From a virus: a DNA stretch of 19,628 bases. The stretch lies in the UHGV virus genome UHGV-0278008. One strand, 5' to 3'. Of the stretch, positions 6,924-15,357 are shown piece after piece. Under the pieces are notes generated by a model. That model did no database searches, had not been told where the DNA came from, and saw only the letters and a list, made by a program, of their open reading frames with translations. Numbering within the stretch: the first letter of the stretch is position 1; the number at the start of each line of letters is the position of its first letter. A program made the position numbers and the translations under genes.

Positions 6924-7973
6924 TTACCCGAGCACGCCAGTCGCAAAGGCGTGATCAAGAAAACGAAAAATTAACTCAATCTGAGAGCCGTACTTTTTCT
7001 CAAACTTCAGCGGGTCTGCATGAAGTTCGTTGTGGTGCTCCCGGCACAACGGTAGCGTGAAAATATCGTGGGCCTTTGTTCCCATTCCCCCCTGACCATG
7101 ACCAATCAGGTGATGCGGATCGTCAGCTGGCTTACCACAACACGCACACGGCTGTGTCTTTACCCAGCGCGTGTATTTCTCATTAACCCAACGGCGACGT
7201 TTAGGCCGCCTCATGAACGATTCAGGAGACTCCGGATCAACAGCGATACTGACAACCGTTTTTTTCTGTGGTGGATTTTGTTGCTGGTGGACGTGAAGTG
7301 GCAGCGCAATATTTTTTGTGCGCTGCTTCAGTATGCTGATGGCTGTCTGTTCTCCCGGTACGATGTCACTCTCACGGTATACGGAGCGGATTTTTTCCGC
7401 TGGTAATCCCAGCGAACGACGCGCTACTGCCTCAGGTAGTGCATCCACCACCTGATTGCAGGCCGCCCACCAGGATAATTCGGCCAGCGATAACTCCCTC
7501 TCCTGCGTACCGCTTATTGCGTGACGGATGACATCAATCATCCAGGCAACCAGATTCTGCTGAGCAAGTTGATCGAGTGATTCTGATGTCTGGTCGCGCA
7601 GCTGGTTGTCACAGTGCCAGCACAACACCATCGCGCCGGTACCGTAACGGTGAATGACTGTTTCGCTGTGATGATAATCGCCGTGTGGCCACTGGCAGGA
7701 TTTCACGTGACGTAATAACCAGTCAGACAGTGCACCTGCACCACCTGCTGCACGAATAACCCGCTCATCGCTGAAAAATGGCAGTAATGTTTTATCCTCT
7801 GCCAGCGGCTGGCGAACGGCAGGAACGACTCCGGACGGCAGACCGCGCATGTTTTTCGGTTCCGGCTCCACCAATATTCTGCCGTTATGGAATACTGACA
7901 TTGATTCACGGCCTGGCTTAACGATAACCAGACCGAGTTCCGGTACCAGAACAGGTCGAAGTAATACCCGCAC
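6924..7973 (-). CDS. DUF968-family prophage protein (YdfU-like) with C-terminal Cys/His zinc-binding HNH-like motif, 349 aa
   Basis: GTG start at 7973 with GGAGG SD; C-terminus CACCGKPADDPHHLIGHG...CREHHNELH; same size and position as YdfU of Qin. Confidence 0.7.
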   Translation of the reverse strand: MRVLLRPVLVPELGLVIVKPGRESMSVFHNGRILVEPEPKNMRGLPSGVVPAVRQPLAEDKTLLPFFSDERVIRAAGGAGALSDWLLRHVKSCQWPHGDYHHSETVIHRYGTGAMVLCWHCDNQLRDQTSESLDQLAQQNLVAWMIDVIRHAISGTQERELSLAELSWWAACNQVVDALPEAVARRSLGLPAEKIRSVYRESDIVPGEQTAISILKQRTKNIALPLHVHQQQNPPQKKTVVSIAVDPESPESFMRRPKRRRWVNEKYTRWVKTQPCACCGKPADDPHHLIGHGQGGMGTKAHDIFTLPLCREHHNELHADPLKFEKKYGSQIELIFRFLDHAFATGVLG

Positions 7974-7974
7974 G

Positions 7975-8247
7975 TTACCTCCAGATGCGCTGCTGGAATG
8001 TGCGGGACGGACGCGGTGGGCGTTCGGAATAAGGGAGCCTGGCGGAGATTATCCAGTGACGACGATCGAAGCTGAGGGCTTTCTCAAACTCATATCCGCG
8101 CCTGCGGTAACACTGGATCAGCCATTCGGCCTGTTCTTCAGTGCATAGGTCATGCTGGAACCAGTCGGTTTTAAATACGTGTGAACGCCGCCCCTGCTTA
8201 ATGGTCGGATCGACTTCAGAATTGTGGGATTTTATATGTTGCGCCAT
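7975..8247 (-). CDS. Hypothetical protein (Rem-like by position), 90 aa
   Basis: ATG with GGAGAA SD; located between DUF968 gene and hok, as rem is in Qin. Confidence 0.45.
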   Translation of the reverse strand: MAQHIKSHNSEVDPTIKQGRRSHVFKTDWFQHDLCTEEQAEWLIQCYRRRGYEFEKALSFDRRHWIISARLPYSERPPRPSRTFQQRIWR

Positions 8248-8415
8248 CGGGTTCTCCGGTGACGCAGCAGGTGCCAGTTGTTCAGGCTGACGCGCGAATT
8301 GTAAACCAGAATGCCAGGAAAAAACAAAGTCTGCCGAAACGGGGTAAGTGCGGGTGCGTTGAGGATGCCTGACACATCAGAGGTGGCGAGGGATTTCTCC
8401 CTCGCCTGGTCACTC

Positions 8416-8571
8416 TTACTTCTCAGATTCGTAGTCTACGAAGACAGCAACCTCCGTCTGGCCGGTTCGGATTCGTACCTCGCAGAGGTCTTTCCTCGTT
8501 ACCAGTGCCGTCACTATGACGGTTAAACAGATGACGATCAGGGCGATTAACATCGCCTTTTGCTGCTTCAT
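8416..8571 (-). CDS. hok: Hok/Gef-family type I toxin (51 aa)
   Basis: MKQQKAMLIALIVICLTVIVTALVTRKDLCEVRIRTGQTEVAVF... is near-identical in pattern to HokD/HokC. Confidence 0.85.
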   Translation of the reverse strand: MKQQKAMLIALIVICLTVIVTALVTRKDLCEVRIRTGQTEVAVFVDYESEK

Positions 8572-8628
8572 AGTCTGCTTCTCCTTGACCTTTCGGTCCG
8601 TAAGAGGCAATCTATATGTGACGAGCAT
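8416..8628 (-). CDS. Mok-like in-frame N-terminally extended reading frame over hok (70 aa)
   Basis: ATG at 8628..8626 with GTGAGG SD; MLVTYRLPLTDRKVKEKQTM- extension resembles recalled MokC N-terminus. Confidence 0.45.
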   Translation of the reverse strand: MLVTYRLPLTDRKVKEKQTMKQQKAMLIALIVICLTVIVTALVTRKDLCEVRIRTGQTEVAVFVDYESEK

Positions 8629-8671
8629 ATAGGGGCCTCACTTCGATTTATAGTCGGGTGGGGCTTTTATC
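8600..8671 (+). ncRNA. Candidate Sok-like antisense RNA; 5' end not determined
   Basis: Plus-strand hairpin gcctcac (8634-8640) / gtggggc (8660-8666) plus U-run 8667-8670, antisense to the mok SD/start; TTGACC at 8585-8590 is a possible -35. Confidence 0.35.
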
Positions 8672-8816
8672 TATCTGCCGTTGGTGTTCATGCCCGAGGC
8701 AGATAGCCTCAAGCACCCGCAGCAATTTTACAAAAACAAACTATTATTTTCTATGTCCTTTCACTTGTCTCATTTCTGACTATACTGATCGCTCACACAA
8801 CACAAAAGGTATAAAA

Positions 8817-8990
8817 ATGACCGTTCATGGTATATCGGAAAACAGTACTGTTCACTTACGTGAAAAAAATGGAGAATGGCTTGTAATGCAAATTATTAGA
8901 AACGAAGATATTACATATCAACTCCGAAATACAGATACAGACGAAGAAGTAATCGCCACGCTTCAGGACATTATCTCCCCAAATAAATAA
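8817..8990 (+). CDS. Hypothetical small protein (57 aa), AT-rich, opposite strand to neighbours
   Basis: ATG at 8817 with AAAGG SD and TATACT -10-like hexamer upstream; MTVHGISENSTVHLREKNGEWLVMQIIRNEDITYQLRNTDTDEEVIATLQDIISPNK. Confidence 0.5.
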   Translation: MTVHGISENSTVHLREKNGEWLVMQIIRNEDITYQLRNTDTDEEVIATLQDIISPNK

Positions 8991-9112
8991 TCAAATCAGC
9001 GGGGCGCACAATACCCCGCACTATTCCACTTATCATCCCCAGCGGCAAATCGAATACACCACCAGCGCCACCGCCATTGCAATTCCTACCGTTATGAACG
9101 CTTCAGGCCAGG

Positions 9113-9457
9113 TCATCGTAAAATATCCTCCTCGCTTATCAGTCCGTTTCGCTTCAGGTAGTCCATCGCTTTATCCGGTAATTTACAGTCCGGCTTCGCT
9201 TTCCTCAGTTGCCAGGTTAACTGCTTTACCAGCATGCTTAACTCGTCGACCAGACGCTGATATCCCACTGGTTTGTATTCATGCAATTTACCGACTGGCT
9301 CTGCTGCCAGCAATGCCAGTGCGATTTCCAGAACAGCAATATCCATCTTATATGTGCGGATGATATCATGGTCGATTGTGCCCGGTATGCACAGTCTCTG
9401 TGCTTCAATAGTCTCCTCTGCGTGAGCTATTAACTGCTCTCTGGTAAAAGTGGTCAT
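9113..9457 (-). CDS. Hypothetical nin-region protein (114 aa)
   Basis: ATG overlapping upstream stop (ATGA); N-terminus shares pattern with the 9971..10396 product. Confidence 0.6.
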   Translation of the reverse strand: MTTFTREQLIAHAEETIEAQRLCIPGTIDHDIIRTYKMDIAVLEIALALLAAEPVGKLHEYKPVGYQRLVDELSMLVKQLTWQLRKAKPDCKLPDKAMDYLKRNGLISEEDILR

Positions 9458-9969
9458 GCCGCGCTTCCTTCTTGCTTATTAACGATTACACCGTCATATA
9501 TTTCATTAAGGTGTCCCCTCAACTCCATGCGCCTTAATGCAGACAACATGTAATCGCATTCAACCTGCTTATTTCCAGTAAATGGCTTATCGTCAGGCTC
9601 ACCCCAACAGCAATTACCCTTGGGCCACCCATGTACTTTCCGTACTCTTCCGTTAACAACGTGAAGTAATCCCCAGCCAGGTGGTAAATCCTCAATTGAA
9701 ATAATTCCCGGCTCACTGATAAAGAATCTCCAGTCGCCCATGCCAAGAGAGGGATTTTTACGGAAACGCTTTTTTCTATCTGCCAACAAGTCAGCACGAG
9801 AACACTTCGCCTCTATCAGGCATGATGCTGAATTTCTGAATCCCATAGCATCTGGTTGTTCTCCAGTACTGGTTACAGCAACAAAGCGGTCATGAAAGCA
9901 AACCTTGAACCCGTTGCGCTTAAGGAACCTGTACGCAATCTGACAGAGTTCGCGGTGCGTTAACGCCAT
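9454..9969 (-). CDS. Putative PD-(D/E)XK-fold nuclease-like protein (171 aa)
   Basis: ATG with AAGGAG SD; motif PDAMGF-x13-EAK fits PD...(D/E)xK signature. Confidence 0.5.
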   Translation of the reverse strand: MALTHRELCQIAYRFLKRNGFKVCFHDRFVAVTSTGEQPDAMGFRNSASCLIEAKCSRADLLADRKKRFRKNPSLGMGDWRFFISEPGIISIEDLPPGWGLLHVVNGRVRKVHGWPKGNCCWGEPDDKPFTGNKQVECDYMLSALRRMELRGHLNEIYDGVIVNKQEGSAA

Positions 9970-9970
9970 C

Positions 9971-10396
9971 TCATTCTCCTTTGATGCGAATGTTTACAAC
10001 CTGACAAGCCTCTTTGAGTACCCGGTCAACCGCATCTTTCCATGCCCCAGTTTCAACTGGCGGATTCTCACGCTTTACCTGTTCATAAAAGCGCACTGCT
10101 TTAACCAGTCCTTCAGGCACTACAGGCACTGGCGGCATGCGATACAATGGAGTAACACAACGCGAAGCCTCATATTTATCTGACGGACGCTGAAATATCT
10201 CACCGAACCCATATTTTTCAATATCGCGCAGTTCCTCGTCGTCAGTCCATGCCGCCGGTTCTGCTTCCAGCGATGTCAGTGCAATTTTGAATAACTCACC
10301 CTCTACTCGTGCCACGCCTGAATTGGGATGGCATTTCGCAATCGCTATTTTTAATTTAGCTTCTTCGATTAATTGCTCTTTTGTTAATTCAGTCAT
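9971..10396 (-). CDS. Hypothetical nin-region protein (141 aa)
   Basis: ATG at 10396; upstream GC hairpin with GAAA loop between AGGAGG and start. Confidence 0.6.
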   Translation of the reverse strand: MTELTKEQLIEEAKLKIAIAKCHPNSGVARVEGELFKIALTSLEAEPAAWTDDEELRDIEKYGFGEIFQRPSDKYEASRCVTPLYRMPPVPVVPEGLVKAVRFYEQVKRENPPVETGAWKDAVDRVLKEACQVVNIRIKGE

Positions 10397-10545
10397 TTTT
10401 CATTACCGCCCTTTCGGGCGGCCTCCTGATGTTCTGAGGGTGCAGGAATCCCTCCGGTTAAGGATTAAATTTTATTTACAGTGCTGATTTTAATTATTCA
10501 GTTCTGGATTATGCTTTCTCTTTCACTTGCTGTAGTTCCTGGTAA

Positions 10546-10851
10546 TTAATTTCGCTCACTGGTTGCCTCCTGGAAAATAACTGCATGTCCCAGCTTCACT
10601 GCCAGTGCCAGCTCTGCCTTAGCGCCCGCTGACCGCTGCCAGCCTTTCAGCATGTAAATCGCATCCACGCAGCGTATCATCGCCATGCAGATATCCATGT
10701 ACTGCGGCTGTGTCAGCCCGTCCGGAAGTACTGCCGGATTTAAGACTGTGTGCCCTTCCCGTTTCAGTTCCTCTTCCGCCTTGTGGAAGGCCTCACGGTT
10801 GAAATTTTTATACCCGGTCATTGGACCGGCAATATAGACTCTCACCCTCAC
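10546..10851 (-). CDS. DUF4406 / nucleoside 2-deoxyribosyltransferase-like fold protein (101 aa)
   Basis: GTG start overlapping upstream stop (GTGA); MRVRVYIAGPMTGY... Rossmann-like N-terminus typical of this fold. Confidence 0.65.
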   Translation of the reverse strand: MRVRVYIAGPMTGYKNFNREAFHKAEEELKREGHTVLNPAVLPDGLTQPQYMDICMAMIRCVDAIYMLKGWQRSAGAKAELALAVKLGHAVIFQEATSERN

Positions 10852-11243
10852 GCCACCACCTTCTGAAAATTACCCTGACAGAACGCCAGTACACGCTGCA
10901 TAACTTCGCTATTTCGGCACTCACTGCAAATTATGTTCTGATGCCTGTCATAGCGGCGTATTTCTCCGTCTGGTAACTTTCGAATCAATGTCTGGTCGGT
11001 TGTTTTCTCCGCTGTCTTACGCCATACGCGATACACCTGTTCAGATGCAAAAACACCGTATTTACCGGACATGTATAAATCGCCACAAGCCAGTACATCC
11101 ACAAGGCAACGTCTGACGGAATGCCAGCCTGCTCCCGTCGCTCTCTCCAGTTGTGATATCGTCATGCGTCCATTTTTGCGTACCAACCCGATAATTCGGG
11201 CCTTCAGTTCTTCACGCTGTTCGTGTGTAAAAGGTTTCGCCAT
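10848..11243 (-). CDS. Hypothetical winged-helix-like protein (131 aa)
   Basis: ATG at 11243 with GGAGG SD 5 nt upstream (ORF-track TTG start at 11258 rejected). Confidence 0.6.
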   Translation of the reverse strand: MAKPFTHEQREELKARIIGLVRKNGRMTISQLERATGAGWHSVRRCLVDVLACGDLYMSGKYGVFASEQVYRVWRKTAEKTTDQTLIRKLPDGEIRRYDRHQNIICSECRNSEVMQRVLAFCQGNFQKVVA

Positions 11244-11258
11244 AAGCGCCTCCGGCAA

Positions 11259-11984
11259 TCACTTTTCCGACACAATACGACCGGATGAATCGACAATCTG
11301 TCGAACAATATCCTGGTGTTTGTTCAGCTCCCGCAGCGCGGCGCAGACTCGCTCCCACTTCTGCACATCACTTTTCGCCCGGCGCAGCTCGCGGTTAGCC
11401 ACATGCAGCGATGGTAGAATCAGGTCATCTGCTTTCGTTTCGGTGACCGATGGCAACGATTGCACAATATCAGCCACAGTTTCTGTTTTAATATCTTCCT
11501 GTGTTGCAGCTTCCTGTACTGGTAACGCAACACCTGCTGGCTGAGGAAAGGCTTTACCATCGGTTTCCGCTACGGATGCAGCTTCCGGCTCTGCCGGTAA
11601 ATCAGCGCCCGGTATGCAGTAACGAAATTTACCGCCCTGATTCACGCGAATCAGACGACCTTTGTTGAGTGCATATGCCAGTGTTGAAACCACTTTGCGT
11701 GATGTGGTACTGAACGACATGGCCATATCATCAGCCGTTTGTGGGCCATGTTGTTCAATCGCCTTAATCAGCATTTGCGCTGTCACTTTCGGTACCGGTG
11801 ACACCGGTTCACTTTCACCAGCCTGAATCAGCCACCACATCGAACCCTTGTTATCCGCTTCACCGCGGCGCTTCAGTTTCCACAGTTCGTTGACCGCATC
11901 TTCACGGCTGATTCCAAGGCGGGCCGCCACTACCTGTGAAGAGGCTCTTTTCAGTGCTTTCAGTGCGTCAAATACGGTTTCCAT
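11259..11984 (-). CDS. Hypothetical prophage protein, DUF1627-like (241 aa)
   Basis: ATG with GGAGG SD; N-terminal HTH-like segment ([18 protein letters not shown]), acidic/Pro-rich linker. Confidence 0.55.
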   Translation of the reverse strand: METVFDALKALKRASSQVVAARLGISREDAVNELWKLKRRGEADNKGSMWWLIQAGESEPVSPVPKVTAQMLIKAIEQHGPQTADDMAMSFSTTSRKVVSTLAYALNKGRLIRVNQGGKFRYCIPGADLPAEPEAASVAETDGKAFPQPAGVALPVQEAATQEDIKTETVADIVQSLPSVTETKADDLILPSLHVANRELRRAKSDVQKWERVCAALRELNKHQDIVRQIVDSSGRIVSEK

Positions 11985-12013
11985 TAAAATTTCCTCCGGA
12001 TAAAAATTACTTC

Positions 12014-12754
12014 TCAGTTCCTGTGCTGGCTGACGTTCGGACGCCAGCTCTCCCAGTTAAACGTCACCCAGCGACCACCGTTCATGGACATGCGGTCCAT
12101 TACCCGCTCGCCGAGAAGTGTATTCATCGCTGCATGATTAAGATTTGTCAGCATCCCCACACTGAGTAACGATGCCGTTCTGCGGTCAACAATCTGATTC
12201 AGCGTGACCTGCTCATTACGCGTATCCCGTTGCATGCCAATTTCATCCAGTACCAGCAGGTCAACGCCACACAATCCCTGCAAAAATTTTTCGCCCGAGT
12301 TTTTGTTGTCGTAGCTGCCATGTAACGCCAGCATCACATCCGCCACTGTTATCACAATCACACTGTGACCTTTCGCCAGAAGGTGGTTGCCAATAGCCGC
12401 CGCCAGGTGGTTTTTTCCTGTGCCAGGCCTGCCACTGAAAACAAAATTCGTACAGCCGCCTTCCAGCTCTGCCGCAATGGATTTCGCCTGACTCAGGGCA
12501 TGGCGCTGACCATCGTTCTGCACCCGGTAGTTACCGAACGTACACTTCCGGTGAAGCGGCTGGATACCGGAGCGGTTAATGATTTTTTCAACCCGCGTCT
12601 GATGATTCAGACGATTAACCTCCTCGCTTCGCTTACGCCCTTCAGCAAGCTGCCATTCCCGCCACTCCGCCACCGTACGGTACGGAGGGATTACATCCTG
12701 CGGCACAAATCTGCTGACTCTTGCCAGAACACCACCTGACGTAATGTTTTTCAT
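12014..12754 (-). CDS. DnaC/IstB-like replicative helicase loader ATPase (246 aa)
   Basis: Walker [12 protein letters not shown], Walker B LLVLDEIG; position after O-like gene. Confidence 0.85.
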   Translation of the reverse strand: MKNITSGGVLARVSRFVPQDVIPPYRTVAEWREWQLAEGRKRSEEVNRLNHQTRVEKIINRSGIQPLHRKCTFGNYRVQNDGQRHALSQAKSIAAELEGGCTNFVFSGRPGTGKNHLAAAIGNHLLAKGHSVIVITVADVMLALHGSYDNKNSGEKFLQGLCGVDLLVLDEIGMQRDTRNEQVTLNQIVDRRTASLLSVGMLTNLNHAAMNTLLGERVMDRMSMNGGRWVTFNWESWRPNVSQHRN

Positions 12755-12760
12755 GATGCG

Positions 12761-13714
12761 CTACCCCCTGAAACCCGGCGGAATTTCGGTATCCGGTTCA
12801 GAAATATGATTCACGCAACGCTGCGCGGGCGAACGCCCCAGGCGAATAACCAGTTCATCCCATTTTTCCCGGAGTTTTGCCGGGCTCATGATGTTTTTTA
12901 CCCAGAACGAATCCCGTTGAACACGCCCAAACATTTCACAAATCTGTCGGTGACTACGTCCATCCAGCATACGCATCATGCGCACATCATTCGCCCAGGT
13001 CGTCCAGTTAGGCTCTCTGGGGCGTGATACCTCCCCATCATCACTGGCGGCCTGTTCATACAACGCAACAACCCGTCCCCAGATCCACTGTGCACACGTC
13101 AAATCCTCCCGGGTTCCCCACTGTCGCTTCGGTACATTCCAGGTATGCGCATCCGGGTGTTTCTCCAGAAATCGCTCAACTGGTGATGATTGTTTTTCGT
13201 CCGGCAGTGAAACGTCCGGACAAGAAGATCTTTTATCTGACGGATCAGGTTTTAATACTGACGGATCGGGGTCAATCATCGCCCCCCTAATCCGCAGTTT
13301 TTTATCAACAGTTGATCCATCAACATTTGACGGGCCAACCGTTGAGGGGGCAATATTTGACGGGTCATTTTTTGCCGGGCTAATTTTTCTTTTTGGTTTA
13401 TATGCCTCACTCGCCGCCGCTGCAGCTGCTTCAAGTTTTTCCACATTAAGCCGATAGATATTGCTTACATTACGCCCACCGACCTTACGCTCTTCCTTCG
13501 TCAGCCAGCCCTCTTTCGCCAGTTCTGCAATAGCAGATTTAACGGTGGATTCACTTCTTGCACCGATCTGACGCCGGATAGTTTCAATGGCAGGCCATGA
13601 CACGCCCTCGTCATTGCTGTAGTCTGCAAGACGGGCCATAACTGCCACCCTGGATAAGATCATGCCGGTAAAGGCGCACCCTTCCCAGACAAGACCATGA
13701 AGCTTGCTGCTCAT
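12761..13714 (-). CDS. Replication initiator, O-like / YdaU-like (N-terminal wHTH, repeat linker, C-terminal domain), about 318 aa
   Basis: ATG at 13714 preferred over GTG at 13729; N-terminal HTH (VSWPAIETIRRQIGARSESTVKSAIAELAKEGWL); internal iterons. Confidence 0.7.
   Translation of the reverse strand: MSSKLHGLVWEGCAFTGMILSRVAVMARLADYSNDEGVSWPAIETIRRQIGARSESTVKSAIAELAKEGWLTKEERKVGGRNVSNIYRLNVEKLEAAAAAASEAYKPKRKISPAKNDPSNIAPSTVGPSNVDGSTVDKKLRIRGAMIDPDPSVLKPDPSDKRSSCPDVSLPDEKQSSPVERFLEKHPDAHTWNVPKRQWGTREDLTCAQWIWGRVVALYEQAASDDGEVSRPREPNWTTWANDVRMMRMLDGRSHRQICEMFGRVQRDSFWVKNIMSPAKLREKWDELVIRLGRSPAQRCVNHISEPDTEIPPGFRG
13304..13406. repeat. Putative replication origin: four tandem 15-16 bp iterons followed by AT-rich tract, inside O-like gene
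   Basis: atcaacagttgatcc / atcaacatttgacggg / ccaaccgttgaggggg / caatatttgacggg at 13304-13364, then tcattttttgccgggctaatttttctttttggtttatatg. Confidence 0.55.
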
Positions 13715-13736
13715 AACCCCCCCGAACACCGTGCTT

Positions 13737-14162
13737 TTAGTGCATCACCACAGCATTCCCTGCCGGGCCGCCGCGATTTATCTGGTCATACAAAACGACC
13801 GCTGACGCAACAAAATCGTCGACATCCTTCACCAGCCGATCCCGCCGTTCGACAATCTCCCGGTAATACTCAGAACTGTGACTGCGCATACGGGCCACCA
13901 GCAAAGGCGGCATCGCCTTTTCGATCGCCGGTAACAGCGCCTGAATTTTTTCAACAGCATCAGGCGTATCCTTCTCCACCCAGCGGAAAATTTTCTGGGT
14001 ATTACGGGCCAGGGCTTCCGGATGGCTGTCGTCATACAGTTCCGGGAACGTCATTCCCAGCTCGAAATACGCTTTGGTAATTTTCGCAGCCGGTACTTTT
14101 TCGCCGTCCGGATGCGCCCAGGCATTCATCGCCATGCGGATGTGTTCATGCTTGATTTTCAT
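13737..14162 (-). CDS. YdaT-like (CII-like) protein, 141 aa
   Basis: MKIKHEHI... N-terminus and length as recalled for Rac YdaT; ATGA overlap with upstream Cro-like gene. Confidence 0.65.
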   Translation of the reverse strand: MKIKHEHIRMAMNAWAHPDGEKVPAAKITKAYFELGMTFPELYDDSHPEALARNTQKIFRWVEKDTPDAVEKIQALLPAIEKAMPPLLVARMRSHSSEYYREIVERRDRLVKDVDDFVASAVVLYDQINRGGPAGNAVVMH

Positions 14163-14413
14163 GAATCAACTCCCATCAGCTTTTTCGTAGTAGTTTTATT
14201 CCTGCCAATAGTTAAAATTGCATCGGCAGAAAATAATCCGTTTGATGCAAGAGCGATTTTTTCAGCGTAATTTGTTTCGCCGGTATATTCTGTGCGAGGC
14301 AATTTTCCGTTATCCATCCATTTATAGATTGCTCTTTGGCTGACACCACAAACGTCGGCCACAACAGCAACGCGAACAGTTTTGATTACATCTTCAAGTG
14401 TTTTCTGGTTCAT
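14159..14413 (-). CDS. Cro-like HTH regulator (YdaS/DicC-like), 84 aa
   Basis: ATG at 14413 with GAGGGTGA SD; HTH VADVCGVSQRAIYKW; divergent from repressor gene. Confidence 0.7.
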   Translation of the reverse strand: MNQKTLEDVIKTVRVAVVADVCGVSQRAIYKWMDNGKLPRTEYTGETNYAEKIALASNGLFSADAILTIGRNKTTTKKLMGVDS

Positions 14414-14492
14414 ATCACCCTCACAATGTGAACTTTGAGTACATGCTATAACAGAACTGACAGTACATTCAAGAGCGAATATCATTGAACTT
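14414..14492. promoter_or_regulatory. Divergent promoter/operator region (OR-like)
   Basis: Two AGTACAT direct repeats (14438-14444, 14462-14468) flanking overlapping -10-like hexamers TATAAC (plus) / TATAGC (minus). Confidence 0.5.
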
Positions 14493-14912
14493 ATGGTTCA
14501 TGAAGATAAAGCGCGTAAAGAGTTCGCCAGTAGGCTTGCGCTAGCCTGTGAAAACGCTGGTTATGAACAACATGGAAGGCAGGCAGAAATTGCCCGTCGA
14601 ATGAAATTAACACCAAAAGCGGTTAGCAAATGGTTTAATGGCGAAACAATTCCTCGCCGGGAGAAATTAAGGGAATTAGCAACACTAATAGGAACAACAC
14701 CAACCTATCTTTTGGGAGAGGATACAGAAGAAAGTGGACAGGTACGTTTCTATCAGGAGTTAAATCCAAGACAAAAAATCATCATTGACCTTCTGGACGA
14801 ACTCCCTGACAGTGAGACAGATGAACTTTTAAAAACTCTTGAAGAGAAAAAACAGAAGTACAATGCAATTTACGAAGAGTTAGCACGAAAGAAAAAACAA
14901 AAAGCCTCTTAA
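14493..14912 (+). CDS. DicA/RacR-like HTH (XRE) prophage repressor, 139 aa
   Basis: HTH RQAEIARRMKLTPKAVSKWFNGE; C-terminal LLDELPDSE...EEL region resembles DicA; weak SD. Confidence 0.75.
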   Translation: MVHEDKARKEFASRLALACENAGYEQHGRQAEIARRMKLTPKAVSKWFNGETIPRREKLRELATLIGTTPTYLLGEDTEESGQVRFYQELNPRQKIIIDLLDELPDSETDELLKTLEEKKQKYNAIYEELARKKKQKAS

Positions 14913-14984
14913 ACCAGCATAAATCCGGTAGCGCCTTCCTCCGGGTTTGTGCTTCACTTTATCCCATCTCATTTTTTTTACACA

Positions 14985-15035
14985 CAAAATGTACTAAAAG
15001 TACTTTACAGCAATGAACAAAAAGTACATTATATA
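14985..15035. promoter_or_regulatory. OL-like operator/promoter region upstream of early-left operon
   Basis: Three further copies of the AGTACAT/ATGTACT half-site (14989-14995, 14999-15005, 15023-15029) around TTTACA and -10-like hexamers. Confidence 0.45.
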
Positions 15036-15204
15036 CCTACCACCCGCCCCACAGAATGCAGGGCAATACTTCGAGTTACCCGGCAGTGGTCAGGGGTTAA
15101 GTAGCCAGCCCGAGGCGTATGAACATGACGGCGGGAACACTTTGTATAACAGCGCAGCAGGTTTTTAGTTCCGCGACCCGGCGTTAAGGGTAAATGAGGT
15201 CAAC

Positions 15205-15357
15205 ATGGATACGCTCAATCTTGGCAACAACGAATCTCTGGTATGCGGTGTGTTCCCTAACCAGGACGGCACGTTTACCGCGATGACGTATACCAAAAGT
15301 AAAAAGTTTAAAACCGAAGCTGGCGCGCGTCGCTGGTTAGCCAGAAACACTAACTGA
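15205..15357 (+). CDS. Small protein, YdfA/YdaF-like (50 aa); not in ORF track
   Basis: ATG at 15205 with GAGG SD 5 nt upstream; MDTLNLGNNESLVCGVFPNQDGTFTAMTYTKSKKFKTEAGARRWLARNTN; TGA at 15355. Confidence 0.6.
   Translation: MDTLNLGNNESLVCGVFPNQDGTFTAMTYTKSKKFKTEAGARRWLARNTN

Noticed and set aside
8629-8816. relE/relB homologs upstream of hok (as in the K-12 relBEF operon)
   Set aside because: No minus-strand ORF of suitable size; hok instead has a mok-like leader.
12978-13457. Plus-strand ORFs antisense to the O-like gene
   Set aside because: Ser/Cys/Gly-rich antisense translation of the iteron/linker region.
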